Shown in pieces: positions 19,861 through 30,465 of a DNA stretch of 64,000 nt. A program made the translations under genes and the position numbers. The stretch comes from Gammaproteobacteria bacterium (GTDB lineage Bacteria > Pseudomonadota > Gammaproteobacteria > Eutrophobiales > Eutrophobiaceae), in contig CBDCTH010000012.1 of assembly GCA_965222155.1 (NCBI GenBank), positions 2,144,001 to 2,208,000 of the forward strand, given 5' to 3'. The notes beneath the pieces were generated by a model. That model saw only the letters and a program-made list of their open reading frames with translations, was not told the DNA's origin and did not search any database. The number at the start of each line of letters is the position of its first letter. The first letter of the stretch is position 1.

Positions 19861-21096
19861 ATGACGGGGGCGACGAAATTCAATCGTTGGTGGATGTTCG
19901 CTCTCGCCAGTGCTTTCTTCTTCTTCATCACGGCTGCAACTTTCAGTTCCCTGGGTGTCATACTACCCTATATGATCGAGGAATTTTCCTGGAGCTGGTC
20001 CCAGGCCGGCACAGGTTTTTCCTTGCTGGCATTGCTGGTGGGACTGGCAGGCACCGTTCCAGCCTGGACTATACGACGCTTCGGTATCAAGGCGACCTAT
20101 GTTATCGGCGCAGCCACGATGGCTTGTGGTTTTGTCCTGATATCCACCGGCACCGGACTGTACCAGTATTGGCTCGGAGCGAGCCTGCTGGGACTGGGCT
20201 TTGCCCTGTGTGCGACGGTGCCGGGCATCCATCTGATAAATGACTGGTTGCCTGACAGGCGTTCATTCGCCATCGGCCTGTACATGACCCTGGGCGGGCT
20301 GGGCGCCGTCGCCGGTCCCCCTGTTGTCACCTTCATTGTCAGCAATACGGATTCCTGGCGCATACACTGGTGGTCCATGACTGCTGCTGTACTCACCCTC
20401 ATGGTGCTTGCAATCGCGTTCATAAATAAACGGCCGGCAGGGGAGAAGGAGGACGCAAGCGCATTGAAAGAAGAGAAAACCTCCGACAAGGTGTTCAAGA
20501 CAAAGATCGAATGGCGCTACCGGGACGCGCTGCGTACACCCCAGTATTACGTGATTGTTGCGGCGTTGACGCTGACATTATTCTGTACCCTGACCATGAA
20601 CAACTGGGCATTTACCCACCTGGGCATGCTTGGCATATCCACGGCGCTCGCCACGCTGGTACTGAGCGCAGATGGCGCGGTGAATGCCTTATCACGCGCC
20701 CTGGGAGGAATGATCGCCACCCGGATTGATCCCAAATGGCTGTTGGTTGCGGCATTGATCGGTGAATTGATCGGTATGCTGGCCCTCTCTGTTGCAGATA
20801 ACCCGGCCGCCCTTATCCTGTTTGCCGTCGGCGAAGGTTTCGGCTTCGGCATGTGCTTCCTGGCTACCGCCTTACTGCTGCTGAATTATTTCGGGGAGAA
20901 AGATAACCCTGAAATACTCGGCACCATGAACTTCATCACTACGGCGGCCATGCTGGGACCCGTCATCGCCGGTTATATCGGCGACAGAGTGGGTAGTTTC
21001 TCCCCGGCGTTCCAGCTGAACGCAGCGCTGTTGTTGATCATCATCATCGCCGTTGCCGCAATGAAACCTCCACGGCAAAAAGTGGTAGAGAATTAA
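19861..21096 (+). CDS. MFS transporter
   Basis: 12 predicted TM segments in two 6-TM halves. Confidence 0.85.
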   Translation: MTGATKFNRWWMFALASAFFFFITAATFSSLGVILPYMIEEFSWSWSQAGTGFSLLALLVGLAGTVPAWTIRRFGIKATYVIGAATMACGFVLISTGTGLYQYWLGASLLGLGFALCATVPGIHLINDWLPDRRSFAIGLYMTLGGLGAVAGPPVVTFIVSNTDSWRIHWWSMTAAVLTLMVLAIAFINKRPAGEKEDASALKEEKTSDKVFKTKIEWRYRDALRTPQYYVIVAALTLTLFCTLTMNNWAFTHLGMLGISTALATLVLSADGAVNALSRALGGMIATRIDPKWLLVAALIGELIGMLALSVADNPAALILFAVGEGFGFGMCFLATALLLLNYFGEKDNPEILGTMNFITTAAMLGPVIAGYIGDRVGSFSPAFQLNAALLLIIIIAVAAMKPPRQKVVEN

Positions 21097-22046
21097 TCAT
21101 TTTCCCTACGGATACGCCAGCTGTCGAGAAAAACAGCGATAATAATCACACCTCCCGTTATCAAGCGTTTTGCGGGTTCCGATACGCCTATCTGTGCCAA
21201 TCCATTTTGTAATATCGCGATAATAAGCACACCTGCGAATGCCCCGACAATAGTACCCCGCCCGCCCCTCAAACTGGTACCGCCTATAACCGCCGCTGCG
21301 ATTGCGGCCAGCTCCAGACCGATACCTGCGTTCGGATCGGCAGCCCCCAGGTAGGCTATATTGAATATGCCTCCCAGACCTGCGAGCGCCCCTGATACAG
21401 CCAGCACAAGCATGCGGTACAGTTTTGTGTCAATGCCGGACATTCTCGCTGCCTGGGCATTGGCGCCCACAGCAATAATATTACGCCCCGGTACTGTTTT
21501 TGTTAAAATGAACTGCGCTGCAAAGACTGTTAATAGAGCAAAGATCAGCGCCATGGAAATACCTGTCCCTGAAATTGGCAGTGCGAGTTTCTGAATTGAA
21601 GCGCCGATATACATGGTCTGTGAGTTGGTAGTCAGATAAGCCAGACCACGGGCCATTTCCAGCATACCCAAGGTCACGATAAAAGAGGGCAAGCCAAGGT
21701 ATGCCACCAATATGCCGTTCATTGAGCCGCAGAGTATTCCTGCACCTATCCCAAACAGACATGCAGTGAGAATGGAAAGATCCCAGCCGACCATTGCCAT
21801 ACCGACAACTGCGGCGCAGAATCCAAGCACTGACCCGACAGATAAATCGATACCACCCACAATAAGAACGAGTGTCATACCGACAGTGACAACCGTTAAC
21901 GCCGGTAACTGATTAAGAATCGTTCTGAGGGTTACAACTGAAAAAAAGTTATCTGCAACGAGGCCAAAAAAAAGAATCAATAGCAGCAGGGAGGCAAAAA
22001 TAAAATGTTCTTTTATGAATGATCTCATAAGACCGGCGCAGCTCAT
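21093..22046 (-). CDS. rbsC: Ribose-type ABC permease
   Basis: GGIDLSVG, ELAAIAAAVIGGTSL.GG.G. Confidence 0.85.
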   Translation of the reverse strand: MSCAGLMRSFIKEHFIFASLLLLILFFGLVADNFFSVVTLRTILNQLPALTVVTVGMTLVLIVGGIDLSVGSVLGFCAAVVGMAMVGWDLSILTACLFGIGAGILCGSMNGILVAYLGLPSFIVTLGMLEMARGLAYLTTNSQTMYIGASIQKLALPISGTGISMALIFALLTVFAAQFILTKTVPGRNIIAVGANAQAARMSGIDTKLYRMLVLAVSGALAGLGGIFNIAYLGAADPNAGIGLELAAIAAAVIGGTSLRGGRGTIVGAFAGVLIIAILQNGLAQIGVSEPAKRLITGGVIIIAVFLDSWRIRREND

Positions 22047-23611
22047 ATTGCTACCGGGCGGGTAACACCGGATAGCTGCTTGGACTTATTCATACCCGTA
22101 GATTGTGTTGTAAACTCACTGAAGCAAGCTGCCAATATCTTTGCTTCGGACCAGTTATCTGCGTTGAATATTGTTACCAGCTTGCGCTTCGACAAGACAA
22201 ATATACGATTGCTCAGCGCCATAAGTTCTTCAATTTCGCCTGATGTGATCAACAGGGTCTTTTGATTATCCCGCAAATTGAACATCTGGTTGTAGATCAT
22301 GGTCTTGGCGCCGACGTCAATCCCTCTGGTAGGTTCGTCAAACAGCAATATGTCCGAATTACAATGCAGCCACCTGGCAATCAGCACTTTTTGTTGATTT
22401 CCTCCGCTGAGCCGGTCTACATCCTGATCAAGGTCATTGCATTTAATGCTCAGCGCTTCAACTAACTCGTTACCCGCAGCTATTTCACGTTCGTTATCCA
22501 GCAGGGCCAATGAAGCAAAACCATGCAACACACCTGGAATCATCATATTCGTTAAAATCGAATGGCCTGAGTACAAACCCATGGATTGCCGGTCCTCGCC
22601 CAGGTACGCCACCCCTGCTCTTTTTGCCGTTCTTGCATTATTGATGTTTATTTTTCCATTTGCGGTGTAAAGGCTGATATGACCGCCGGTCAACGAAGTC
22701 AAGCCGAACAGTGCATTTAATAATTCACTCCGTCCGGAACCGGATAAACCGGCAATACCGATTATTTCTCCGGAATATCCTGTGAAACTTATCTCATGGG
22801 GCAGCTCTTTGGTGGTTATGTGATCCACTTCAAGAACTGCCGCAGGTTCAAGTGCGGCAGCAGACAGCCTGGTTTTATTTCCGGAATGAATATGGCCACT
22901 CATATGTTCCAAAATCCGGGATACACTTAACGAACTTGCAGGAGCAGTTGTTACAACCCGTCCATCCCTGAGAACCGTGATGGTATCTGATGCCTCAAGC
23001 ACATCCTGTAAGCGATGGCTGATGTAAATCACCGATGTGCCGGAAGCTGCCAACCCGGTAATAATATTATGTAGACGAGCGGCCTGTTGCGTCGTCAGGG
23101 CAGCAGTCGGTTCATCCAGGATCAGTACTCTGCAATCAGTGGAAATCGACTTGGCAATTTCCACCAGTTGGCGTTCGGCGAGGCCCAGTGTTTCTGTGCG
23201 CGTGTTCAGGTCAAGAGCTTCCAAACCGACAATCCGAAGTAATGAGCGAACCTGTTTCTCGAGCTTCTCCTTAACGATGATGGAACAACGGTGGGGTAAT
23301 TTTCTTAACGCTATATTTTCTGCAATACTCAGCGAATTAATCAAACTCAATTCTTGCGTGGCACAGGAAATCCCGGTCTGAAAAGCATCTTTTGGATTAG
23401 CCGGTTCGTATTCAACTCCATCCAGGAGTATCTCGCCACTATCCTTATTCAGAAAACCTGCCAGGATACTGCCGAGGGTAGTTTTGCCGGCGCCATTTTC
23501 GCCAACGATAGCGTGTATCTCGCCACGAGCGAATGTCAGGTTAACATTTGTCAGAACAGGTACTGAAAACGACTTGTTAAGGTTACGGATACTTAATCGA
23601 GCCGCCGCCAT
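22043..23611 (-). CDS. rbsA: Ribose-type ABC ATP-binding protein
   Basis: GENGAGKT, LDEPT, LSGGNQQK, DEPTRGIDVGAK. Confidence 0.85.
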   Translation of the reverse strand: MAAARLSIRNLNKSFSVPVLTNVNLTFARGEIHAIVGENGAGKTTLGSILAGFLNKDSGEILLDGVEYEPANPKDAFQTGISCATQELSLINSLSIAENIALRKLPHRCSIIVKEKLEKQVRSLLRIVGLEALDLNTRTETLGLAERQLVEIAKSISTDCRVLILDEPTAALTTQQAARLHNIITGLAASGTSVIYISHRLQDVLEASDTITVLRDGRVVTTAPASSLSVSRILEHMSGHIHSGNKTRLSAAALEPAAVLEVDHITTKELPHEISFTGYSGEIIGIAGLSGSGRSELLNALFGLTSLTGGHISLYTANGKININNARTAKRAGVAYLGEDRQSMGLYSGHSILTNMMIPGVLHGFASLALLDNEREIAAGNELVEALSIKCNDLDQDVDRLSGGNQQKVLIARWLHCNSDILLFDEPTRGIDVGAKTMIYNQMFNLRDNQKTLLITSGEIEELMALSNRIFVLSKRKLVTIFNADNWSEAKILAACFSEFTTQSTGMNKSKQLSGVTRPVAI

Positions 23612-23618
23612 CTCCGGT

Positions 23619-24626
23619 TTACTCTATCGAGGTTCTGGTTATGAGGTCAACCGGGGTGGTTTTATCCTTTAACGGCAGATCAGAAGATAAGGCCTCAAGA
23701 GCGTATTCTATACCGTACACGGCCAACAGGTCTGCATGTTGATCTATTGTTGCCAGTACACGCTCTTCCCTGATGAGGTTATGTAGCGCAGAAATATTAT
23801 CAAACCCGACTATTTTTACCTGATCTTCCTTGCCGGCTTGCACGACAGCCGCCGCCGCGCCCAAAGCCATGTTGTCATTTGCACACAAAATCGCCTCCAG
23901 CTCAGGGAATTGCACCAGCATAGCCGCGGTGACCGTAACAGCCAATGTCTGATCCCATTGCGCACTTTGTTGTGCCACGATATCCATACCTGAGTCAATC
24001 ATTGCCTTGCGAAAACCTCCCGTGCGTTGGCGCGAATTAAACGCAGTGGGTACGCCTTCAAGTATCGCCACCTGGTCAGCGGCCGTCAGTTGTGAGGCCA
24101 GGTATTTGCCGACCATTTCCGCACCCTGGAAATTGTCCGGTCCGACAAACGGAATTATCAAGTCATATTCACGGAGTATTTCCTGTTCCAGTCGATTATC
24201 GATGTTGATAATTGCAATACCGGCTGCATTCGCTCGCGCCAATGCAGGAACAACAGCCTTTGAGTCTGCCGGAGAGATGACAATAGCATCAACGCCGGAA
24301 GCTATCATTTGATCAATCAAGGCAACCTGCTGAGCGAGGTCCACTTCGTTCTTTATTCCATTAATAACCAGATGGTAACGCTCGGCATATAATTCCTGAT
24401 GTGCCCTGGCTCCATCTGCCATGGTAACGAAAAATTCGTTTGCCAGTGATTTCATGACCAATGCAATCGTCGGAAGTTCTATTTCTGCTTCGCCCCGGTG
24501 AGAACTTTGAGGCGTTTGTTCGGAATCACTGCAAGAAATTGCAACCGACATACATAAGAAGGCCACTACAGATTTCAATATTTGTTCCATAATAAATCCG
24601 TTGCCTGGATAATCGATTTGCAACAT
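23619..24626 (-). CDS. rbsB: Ribose-type ABC substrate-binding protein
   Basis: MKSLANEFF, NIDN, ANDNMALGA, VGFD; lipoprotein-like leader. Confidence 0.82.
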   Translation of the reverse strand: MLQIDYPGNGFIMEQILKSVVAFLCMSVAISCSDSEQTPQSSHRGEAEIELPTIALVMKSLANEFFVTMADGARAHQELYAERYHLVINGIKNEVDLAQQVALIDQMIASGVDAIVISPADSKAVVPALARANAAGIAIINIDNRLEQEILREYDLIIPFVGPDNFQGAEMVGKYLASQLTAADQVAILEGVPTAFNSRQRTGGFRKAMIDSGMDIVAQQSAQWDQTLAVTVTAAMLVQFPELEAILCANDNMALGAAAAVVQAGKEDQVKIVGFDNISALHNLIREERVLATIDQHADLLAVYGIEYALEALSSDLPLKDKTTPVDLITRTSIE

Positions 24627-24843
24627 AGTCTACTGGGCAATTATATTATTTCAAAGATTATGTTGATTGTGGTTCAGGACAAACACATACTGCGGTCGTC
24701 ATGGATCGTTGTTTAAATATGAGGGGATCATGATGAGAAGATCACTGTTTTTTTTCATAGCTGTTTTGTGAATCTTCGCCCGGAAAATGCTTTGGAAAAT
24801 GCTTTGTATTGCAATGCTTGATTGTATCCCATAAGATACAATA

Positions 24844-25437
24844 ATGGGCAGGGTTGATAGGAGCAATACAATTAATGAATATACGGATGAGGGAGGGAAA
24901 AGTCCTTATGCTCAATGGATTGGTAGTCTCAGAGATATTCGGGCAAAGGCAAAAATTATGATGCAAATGGACAACATGGAATTAGGACTGTTCGGGGATG
25001 TTGTGCCACTAGCCCGCATTTCTCACCAGTCCGCTTGATGCCATCGGATACTTGTTTGCCGTCAATATGTTATGACACATTCAGCACTATCTCGCCATTA
25101 CAGACTGCGCTTGATGCGCCCTCGCTTGTCTTTGTCCCGCCTGTGGGCACGTGCTCCCTCAACCGTAGCTACGGCTATGCTTTCAGTCGCAGGCACCCAC
25201 AGGCGGGACAAATCCTGCGCGAGCATCGCATCAACTGGTGAGAAATGCGGGCTAGGCGCTGGTCTTAGTGAACTGCGCATCCACTATGGCCCCGGTTATC
25301 GGATATATTACGGTAAAGAGGCACAACGAGTGTATTTGTTGTTATGTGGTGGAGATAAATCTACCCAATCTAAGGATATCAGGAAAGCTAAAGAATATTG
25401 GAAAAAGTACAAACAGAGAAATCAACATGGCGCGTAG
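24844..25437 (+). pseudogene. HigB/RelE-like addiction module killer protein interrupted by a MITE
   Basis: ...GLFGDVVPL | GAGLSELRIHYGPGYRIYY...LLLCGGDKSTQ..DI..A is rebuilt by removing the insert. Confidence 0.9.
25009..25255. mobile_element. 243 bp MITE with CTAG duplication
   Basis: CTAG-CCCGCATTTCTCACCAGT ... ACTGGTGAGAAATGCGGG-CTAG; internal hairpin TTGTCCCGCCTGTGGG...CCCACAGGCGGGACAA. Confidence 0.9.
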
Positions 25438-25732
25438 TGTAAGAGTAACACATAATGAACAATTGCGCGACGCCAAGGTGGCAGCGGAATACCTTAGTGA
25501 AGCGCTCCAGGAAGGTAATACCGCGATTATCCTGATGGCCTTGCGCAATATCGCCGAAGCGCAGGATGATGGGGTTGCCGGGTTAGCCGCCCGTTCGGAA
25601 TTGGGTCGCGAGAGTATCTATAAAATGCTTTCAGCGACCAGCAACCCCAAACTGTCCAGCTTCACCAAGGTAATACATGGTTTGGGATTAAAACTCAGAG
25701 TAGAGCGGGACCCATATCAGACACCACTTTGA
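25427..25732 (+). CDS. Addiction module antidote protein (HigA-like HTH)
   Basis: AAEYLSEAL...ALRNIAEA...LA....LGRES.YK.LS...NP.L. Confidence 0.88.
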   Translation: MARSVRVTHNEQLRDAKVAAEYLSEALQEGNTAIILMALRNIAEAQDDGVAGLAARSELGRESIYKMLSATSNPKLSSFTKVIHGLGLKLRVERDPYQTPL

Positions 25733-25759
25733 TCGGAATCCTGAAATACTCGGATTAGC

Positions 25760-26070
25760 AATCGGAGGCGGTTTGCGCAGAGTCTTCTCCAGTAATCCGT
25801 CAATACCTCCTTCTTCGACGAACGAGGACCACCCAATGGCGACCGTGCGGCGGACATTACGCAGCAGTCGGTAACTCATCCTGTAATACCTGCCCTTGCG
25901 CATCGTAGTTTGCCAAGCGCCGCTCTGTCCAACCACTATACGCTTCTTCACCAATCCGCCTGGAGCGGATTGGGACGTCCGTAGGGCGCCTGCAGGGGGC
26001 ACCCCAGAGCCTGCCCCTGTATGGCGTTGAGCAATGGGCGCTTTCCGGTGGTGTTGACATTGCACACACA
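25760..26070 (-). pseudogene. Degraded IS630-like transposase remnant with nested mini-repeats
   Basis: RRTV..W..F.EEGGIDGLL..T resembles the IS630 N-terminal HTH region; interrupted by palindromic elements at 25947-26038. Confidence 0.4.
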
Positions 26071-26144
26071 TCAGGGTTTTATTTGGGCTCCTGGGTGTCT
26101 TCCATAGACTTTAATTCGGATGCATCTGATCCGGCGCAAGTTGA

Positions 26145-26399
26145 GTGGCATATCGGAAAACTAGTATTTACGGTACTTTCCGCCTGACAATATCGCTACC
26201 TGCAAAACTCAGTGGTTATATATCATACGGACATCTCGACGTAGATGATATTGACCTTGCCTACTCACATTATGTCCCAGGTATTTCCAGGAATTTTGCA
26301 GGTTTTGGATTTGATATTTCCTGGAATGATGCTGATAGTGAGTGTGGAGGAAAAGACTTATGTCAAGGAATCGTCTTCAGCATCACTAAAGCATTCTGA
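26145..26399 (+). pseudogene. C-terminal fragment of a TorF/Gcw_chp-like outer membrane protein
   Basis: YSHY..GISRNFAGFGFDISW.D....C....VFSITKAF with terminal Phe; no signal peptide. Confidence 0.5.
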
Positions 26400-26518
26400 C
26401 TTAATTCTTCAGGCGATCTGTCCCAACTCTTTTGACGACTTACAACGCAATACAAACTGATGCCTGCATGTGTAGCCAGTTCCGTACCCATTCCCGTGTA
26501 GCCAAACACCTGTTCCGG

Positions 26519-27460
26519 TTAATTACGGCACAATATCAAATCAACCTCTGACCGGGTTGGTATCGATGTAGCCGCCCCGGGACGTTCCACAGAGATCGAC
26601 GCCGCCGCAACAGCTAACCTGATCGCTTCGGCTAATGCAAGGCCCTGTGCCAGTCCCGCCGCCAAAGCCCCACAAAAACAATCACCTGCCCCGGTCGTAT
26701 CCACTACATCAGCCGGCCTGCTTGGGATTATATCGCTCTGTATATCATTTACTGCGACGACCCCATCAGCGCCCAGTGTTACTATTACGGTTTGTCCTTC
26801 ACGAGAAATTAATTGTCGCGCAGCCGTGATGACGATATCTTTTTCTTTCGATGTTTCAGGCAAACCTGCATAAGTTGCAAGTTCCGCCTCATTGAGTATG
26901 AGAATGTCGACAAGAGGAAACAGTACCGCGCCCTCCTTTTCAGCCGGTGCGGCATTCAGTATGGTAATCCCCTGCTGTGCCTTGTCGCTACTGAATAACG
27001 TCCTGATCGTTTCGACCGGACTCTCGAGCTGTGCAAGGAATACCCCGCGGTCTGTCAGTTCTCCAACCGGGATGTCAGCGGGACGTAATTCGGTATTTGC
27101 CCCGGTAACAATCACGATTGCATTCTCGCCGGTATCAGACACATTGATAAAGGCTTGACCGGTAAGGTGATTGGCATCGGTTTTTACCCTTGCTATATTC
27201 ACCCCGCTATCCTGTAAAAAGGTTCGCATCCTGTTGCCGGGACCATCAGCTCCTACTGCCCCTATCATTAACGTTTCAGCATCCATGCGTGCCGCTGCCA
27301 CTGCCTGATTTGCGCCTTTACCACCGGGGAACTGTGCAAGACTGCGCGCGACAACGGTTTCCCCCGGGCGCGGCAGGTTTTCGACAGATGCAACAGTATC
27401 GAGGTTAATTGAACCTAATACACAGATATTCTTTAGGTCACGGCCCTGTTCAGGTCTCAT
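26519..27460 (-). CDS. rbsK: Ribokinase
   Basis: [32 protein letters not shown]. Confidence 0.92.
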   Translation of the reverse strand: MRPEQGRDLKNICVLGSINLDTVASVENLPRPGETVVARSLAQFPGGKGANQAVAAARMDAETLMIGAVGADGPGNRMRTFLQDSGVNIARVKTDANHLTGQAFINVSDTGENAIVIVTGANTELRPADIPVGELTDRGVFLAQLESPVETIRTLFSSDKAQQGITILNAAPAEKEGAVLFPLVDILILNEAELATYAGLPETSKEKDIVITAARQLISREGQTVIVTLGADGVVAVNDIQSDIIPSRPADVVDTTGAGDCFCGALAAGLAQGLALAEAIRLAVAAASISVERPGAATSIPTRSEVDLILCRN

Positions 27461-27692
27461 TACTCTCGTCTTCTGCCAGTGGCAACCTTACGTTTCTGGC
27501 AGGTACTATCGTCGAGATTGCATGTTTATAAACCAACTGGCTCACCGAGTTTTTCAGCAATATCACGAACTGATCAAAAGATTCGACATGCCCTTGAAGT
27601 TTGATACCGTTGGCGAGATAAATCGATACGGGAATCCGTTCCTTACGCAAAGTGTTGAGGAATGGATCCTGGAGTGTATGCCCTTTACTCAT
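27450..27692 (-). CDS. hfq: RNA chaperone Hfq
   Basis: LQDPFLN.LRKE, SIYL.NGIKLQG, SFDQF, YKHAIST. Confidence 0.98.
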   Translation of the reverse strand: MSKGHTLQDPFLNTLRKERIPVSIYLANGIKLQGHVESFDQFVILLKNSVSQLVYKHAISTIVPARNVRLPLAEDESNET

Positions 27693-27794
27693 AATAAAAC
27701 CTCACTACTATTCGTTCTGATTATTATTGTCTGCACCCCCTCTCCGGTTCATCCCTGTCGGCCGGACTGATTCACGGGAGTCGTTATAATTATA

Positions 27795-28739
27795 TTACAA
27801 ACTGGAAGAAAACGCGGGACTGTTGCGTAAAAACTCGATAACTACCTGTGCAATATCCGCTCGGGAACTATCGAACCAGGTGGTATTATCCTCCGTTCTC
27901 AACCAGGTGAGTTGGCGCTTTGCCAGTTGCCGCGTTGCTATTACGGCGCGTTCCTGCATTTCGGAATAACTGAGACAGTCTGCCAGGTAAGACCATACCT
28001 GCCGGTACCCGACCATCCGCATGGAAGTCAGACCTTCATGCATATTCTCTTGCTCGAAGAAACCGCGCACTTCATCTACCAGGCCGTTATCCAGCATCCT
28101 GATAAAACGCTGTCGAGAACGTTCACGGATAATACGCCTGTCGGACGGGGCGAGCGCCAGTTTGATAACCTTATGGGGTAACGCTCCCAGCCGACCTTCG
28201 GCGATAAAGACGGAAAGTGGTGTTTTTGTGATTTCATATACTTCCAGAGCCCGCTGGATTCGCTGCGAGTCGTTGGGATGCAGGCGCTCGGCAGAAACAG
28301 GGTCGACCCGGCTTAATTCTGCATGCAGAGCCGGGGAACCGCGTTCTCGCATAATCTGTGCCAGGCGTGTCCGAAGCGCCGGGTCAGTGGAAGGCAAATC
28401 GGAAAATCCCTGTTCGAGAGAACGAAAATACAATCCTGTGCCGCCGACCAATATGGGGATTCGATTATTTTCCCGGATTTCTTCAATAGCCGTCATGGCA
28501 TCACGCCGGAATCTGCCGGCAGAATAAGACTCGGTCGGATCACATATATCAATCAAACGGTGGGGGGCGATTTCCAGCACTTCCCGGGTTGGTTTTGCCG
28601 TTCCGATATCCATTCCCCGGTACACCATGGCTGAATCAACACTGACTATCTCCAAAGGCAGATGTTTTACGAGTTCAACCGCCAGGGAAGTCTTACCACT
28701 GGCCGTCGGTCCCATGAGAAAGATGACCTCATCAATCAT
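27795..28739 (-). CDS. miaA: tRNA dimethylallyltransferase
   Basis: GPTASGKT, DSAMVYRGMDIGTAKP, TRQLAKRQ.TW. Confidence 0.97.
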   Translation of the reverse strand: MIDEVIFLMGPTASGKTSLAVELVKHLPLEIVSVDSAMVYRGMDIGTAKPTREVLEIAPHRLIDICDPTESYSAGRFRRDAMTAIEEIRENNRIPILVGGTGLYFRSLEQGFSDLPSTDPALRTRLAQIMRERGSPALHAELSRVDPVSAERLHPNDSQRIQRALEVYEITKTPLSVFIAEGRLGALPHKVIKLALAPSDRRIIRERSRQRFIRMLDNGLVDEVRGFFEQENMHEGLTSMRMVGYRQVWSYLADCLSYSEMQERAVIATRQLAKRQLTWLRTEDNTTWFDSSRADIAQVVIEFLRNSPAFSSSL

Positions 28740-30456
28740 CGATCAACGCGCTGATCTCATCTATCGATATGGTTCGCCACATACCTTTGTAATGTCTCTG
28801 TGTAGTGTCAAGACCAGTCCTGTCCAGTTCATTCAGTAAACTCTGCATTTTGAATCCGGACGGCGTTTCCATGTTTGTTACCAGGCATTGCGTCATAACC
28901 GCCAATAACTTTTCTCCCGGGTTTGAATTTTCACCCGGGTGCTGCAACGCTTCCAATACGGCCGTTGCCAGAGTCTTGACGTCAACTTCTTCAAGCAAAG
29001 CAGGAATAGACTTGATGGAGACAACGTCAGTTGATGCAACCCTCAATGACAGGCCGAGCGTTTCCAGCAGATCTGCGTACTTCTCCACAAGTCCAACCTG
29101 CAAGGGACCTGTTTCAATGTGCACGGGAACCAGTAACGGCCGCCGGCGCACGGACTTATCCTGGTACTCCTGCCCTAATCGATAGCGCAGAACATATTCG
29201 CTTGCGGCCTGATAGTTCAATAATACGTATTCCTGATCTCTCTGCGCTATTACAAACCGGCCGGACAATGCTGCCAGGGGGACGCCAAGTTCGGCATGCT
29301 TATCAAGCAAGTCATCCTGTTCCTCCCTGGGAGCGATGTTTTTATAAAACAGACCGGCTTCTTTAACCTGAAGTTTGTGGCTACGAATATGATGTCCCGG
29401 GTACGCTTCCGACCTGTTTTCAGGCACATGGCCGATAACGTCTGAAGCAAGCGACTGCACGGTTTTCAAAGCATCCCGCAGGCTGATAAATATAAAATCA
29501 TGAACGCCCCGGTGGTCCTTGAAGCGGATTTCACTCTTGGTCGGATGGACATTGATGTCGGTAACTGACGGATCGATATCCAGGTTCAGCAGGTAGGTCG
29601 GATAGCGGCCAGTGGGTAGTGAATCATCGAAGCCGGAGCGAACTGCATGAAAGATTTTTTTATCCCGAACCACCCGGCCGTTGACAAAACAGAACTGGCG
29701 ATCAGACTGACTGCGGCTGAGACTGCTTCTTCCCAGCCAGCCCCACAATCTCATTCCTGAGGATTCATAATTCACCGGAATGGATTGGCTTGCAAATTGA
29801 TGACCGAACACGTCTGCCACTCTTTCAATCATATCGTCCTGGCAGGCGCGATAGCGCAACACCTGTTTATTGTTATGTGTCAGTGTAAAAGTGATATTGA
29901 ATCGACTGCAGGCCACGCGCTTGAATACTTCATTGATATGCAGAAATTCAGTTGTCCGGCTGCGCAGGAATTTGCGGCGCGCGGGTGTAGCCTGAAAAAT
30001 ATCGGCAGCTTCAACGGTGGTTCCCCGGGACCGTGGCGCCGGTTTGAGAATTGAATTGCCACTGACCGGGTCGAACGACAATGACCAGGCCGAATCGGAC
30101 TGGTCGGTTCTTGAGACAAGTAAAAATCTTGAAACAGCCGCAATGCTGGCCAGGGCCTCGCCGCGAAATCCCAGACTGTTGATACAGTCAAGGTCGGATT
30201 GAGTATTGAGTTTGCTGGTGCTGTGCCGCCGTAACGCCAGTTGAATGTCATCAGGATGGATACCGTGGCCGTCATCACTGACGGAGATCAGTCTATGCCC
30301 CCCCTCAGTTATCGCTACCGCCACATTATCGGCGCCGGCGTCAATACTGTTATCCAGTAATTCTTTGACAATGGCTGCCGGTCGTTCTATGACCTCTCCT
30401 GCCGCGATCTGGCTTGCCAGGGTTGCAGGCAACTCGGCAATCCTGGGTACTTTCAT
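28732..30456 (-). CDS. mutL: DNA mismatch repair protein MutL
   Basis: IAAGEVIERP, KELLDNSIDAGA, GFRGEALASI, DINVHPTK.E. Confidence 0.95.
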   Translation of the reverse strand: MKVPRIAELPATLASQIAAGEVIERPAAIVKELLDNSIDAGADNVAVAITEGGHRLISVSDDGHGIHPDDIQLALRRHSTSKLNTQSDLDCINSLGFRGEALASIAAVSRFLLVSRTDQSDSAWSLSFDPVSGNSILKPAPRSRGTTVEAADIFQATPARRKFLRSRTTEFLHINEVFKRVACSRFNITFTLTHNNKQVLRYRACQDDMIERVADVFGHQFASQSIPVNYESSGMRLWGWLGRSSLSRSQSDRQFCFVNGRVVRDKKIFHAVRSGFDDSLPTGRYPTYLLNLDIDPSVTDINVHPTKSEIRFKDHRGVHDFIFISLRDALKTVQSLASDVIGHVPENRSEAYPGHHIRSHKLQVKEAGLFYKNIAPREEQDDLLDKHAELGVPLAALSGRFVIAQRDQEYVLLNYQAASEYVLRYRLGQEYQDKSVRRRPLLVPVHIETGPLQVGLVEKYADLLETLGLSLRVASTDVVSIKSIPALLEEVDVKTLATAVLEALQHPGENSNPGEKLLAVMTQCLVTNMETPSGFKMQSLLNELDRTGLDTTQRHYKGMWRTISIDEISALIDD

Positions 30457-30465
30457 GATGAACTA

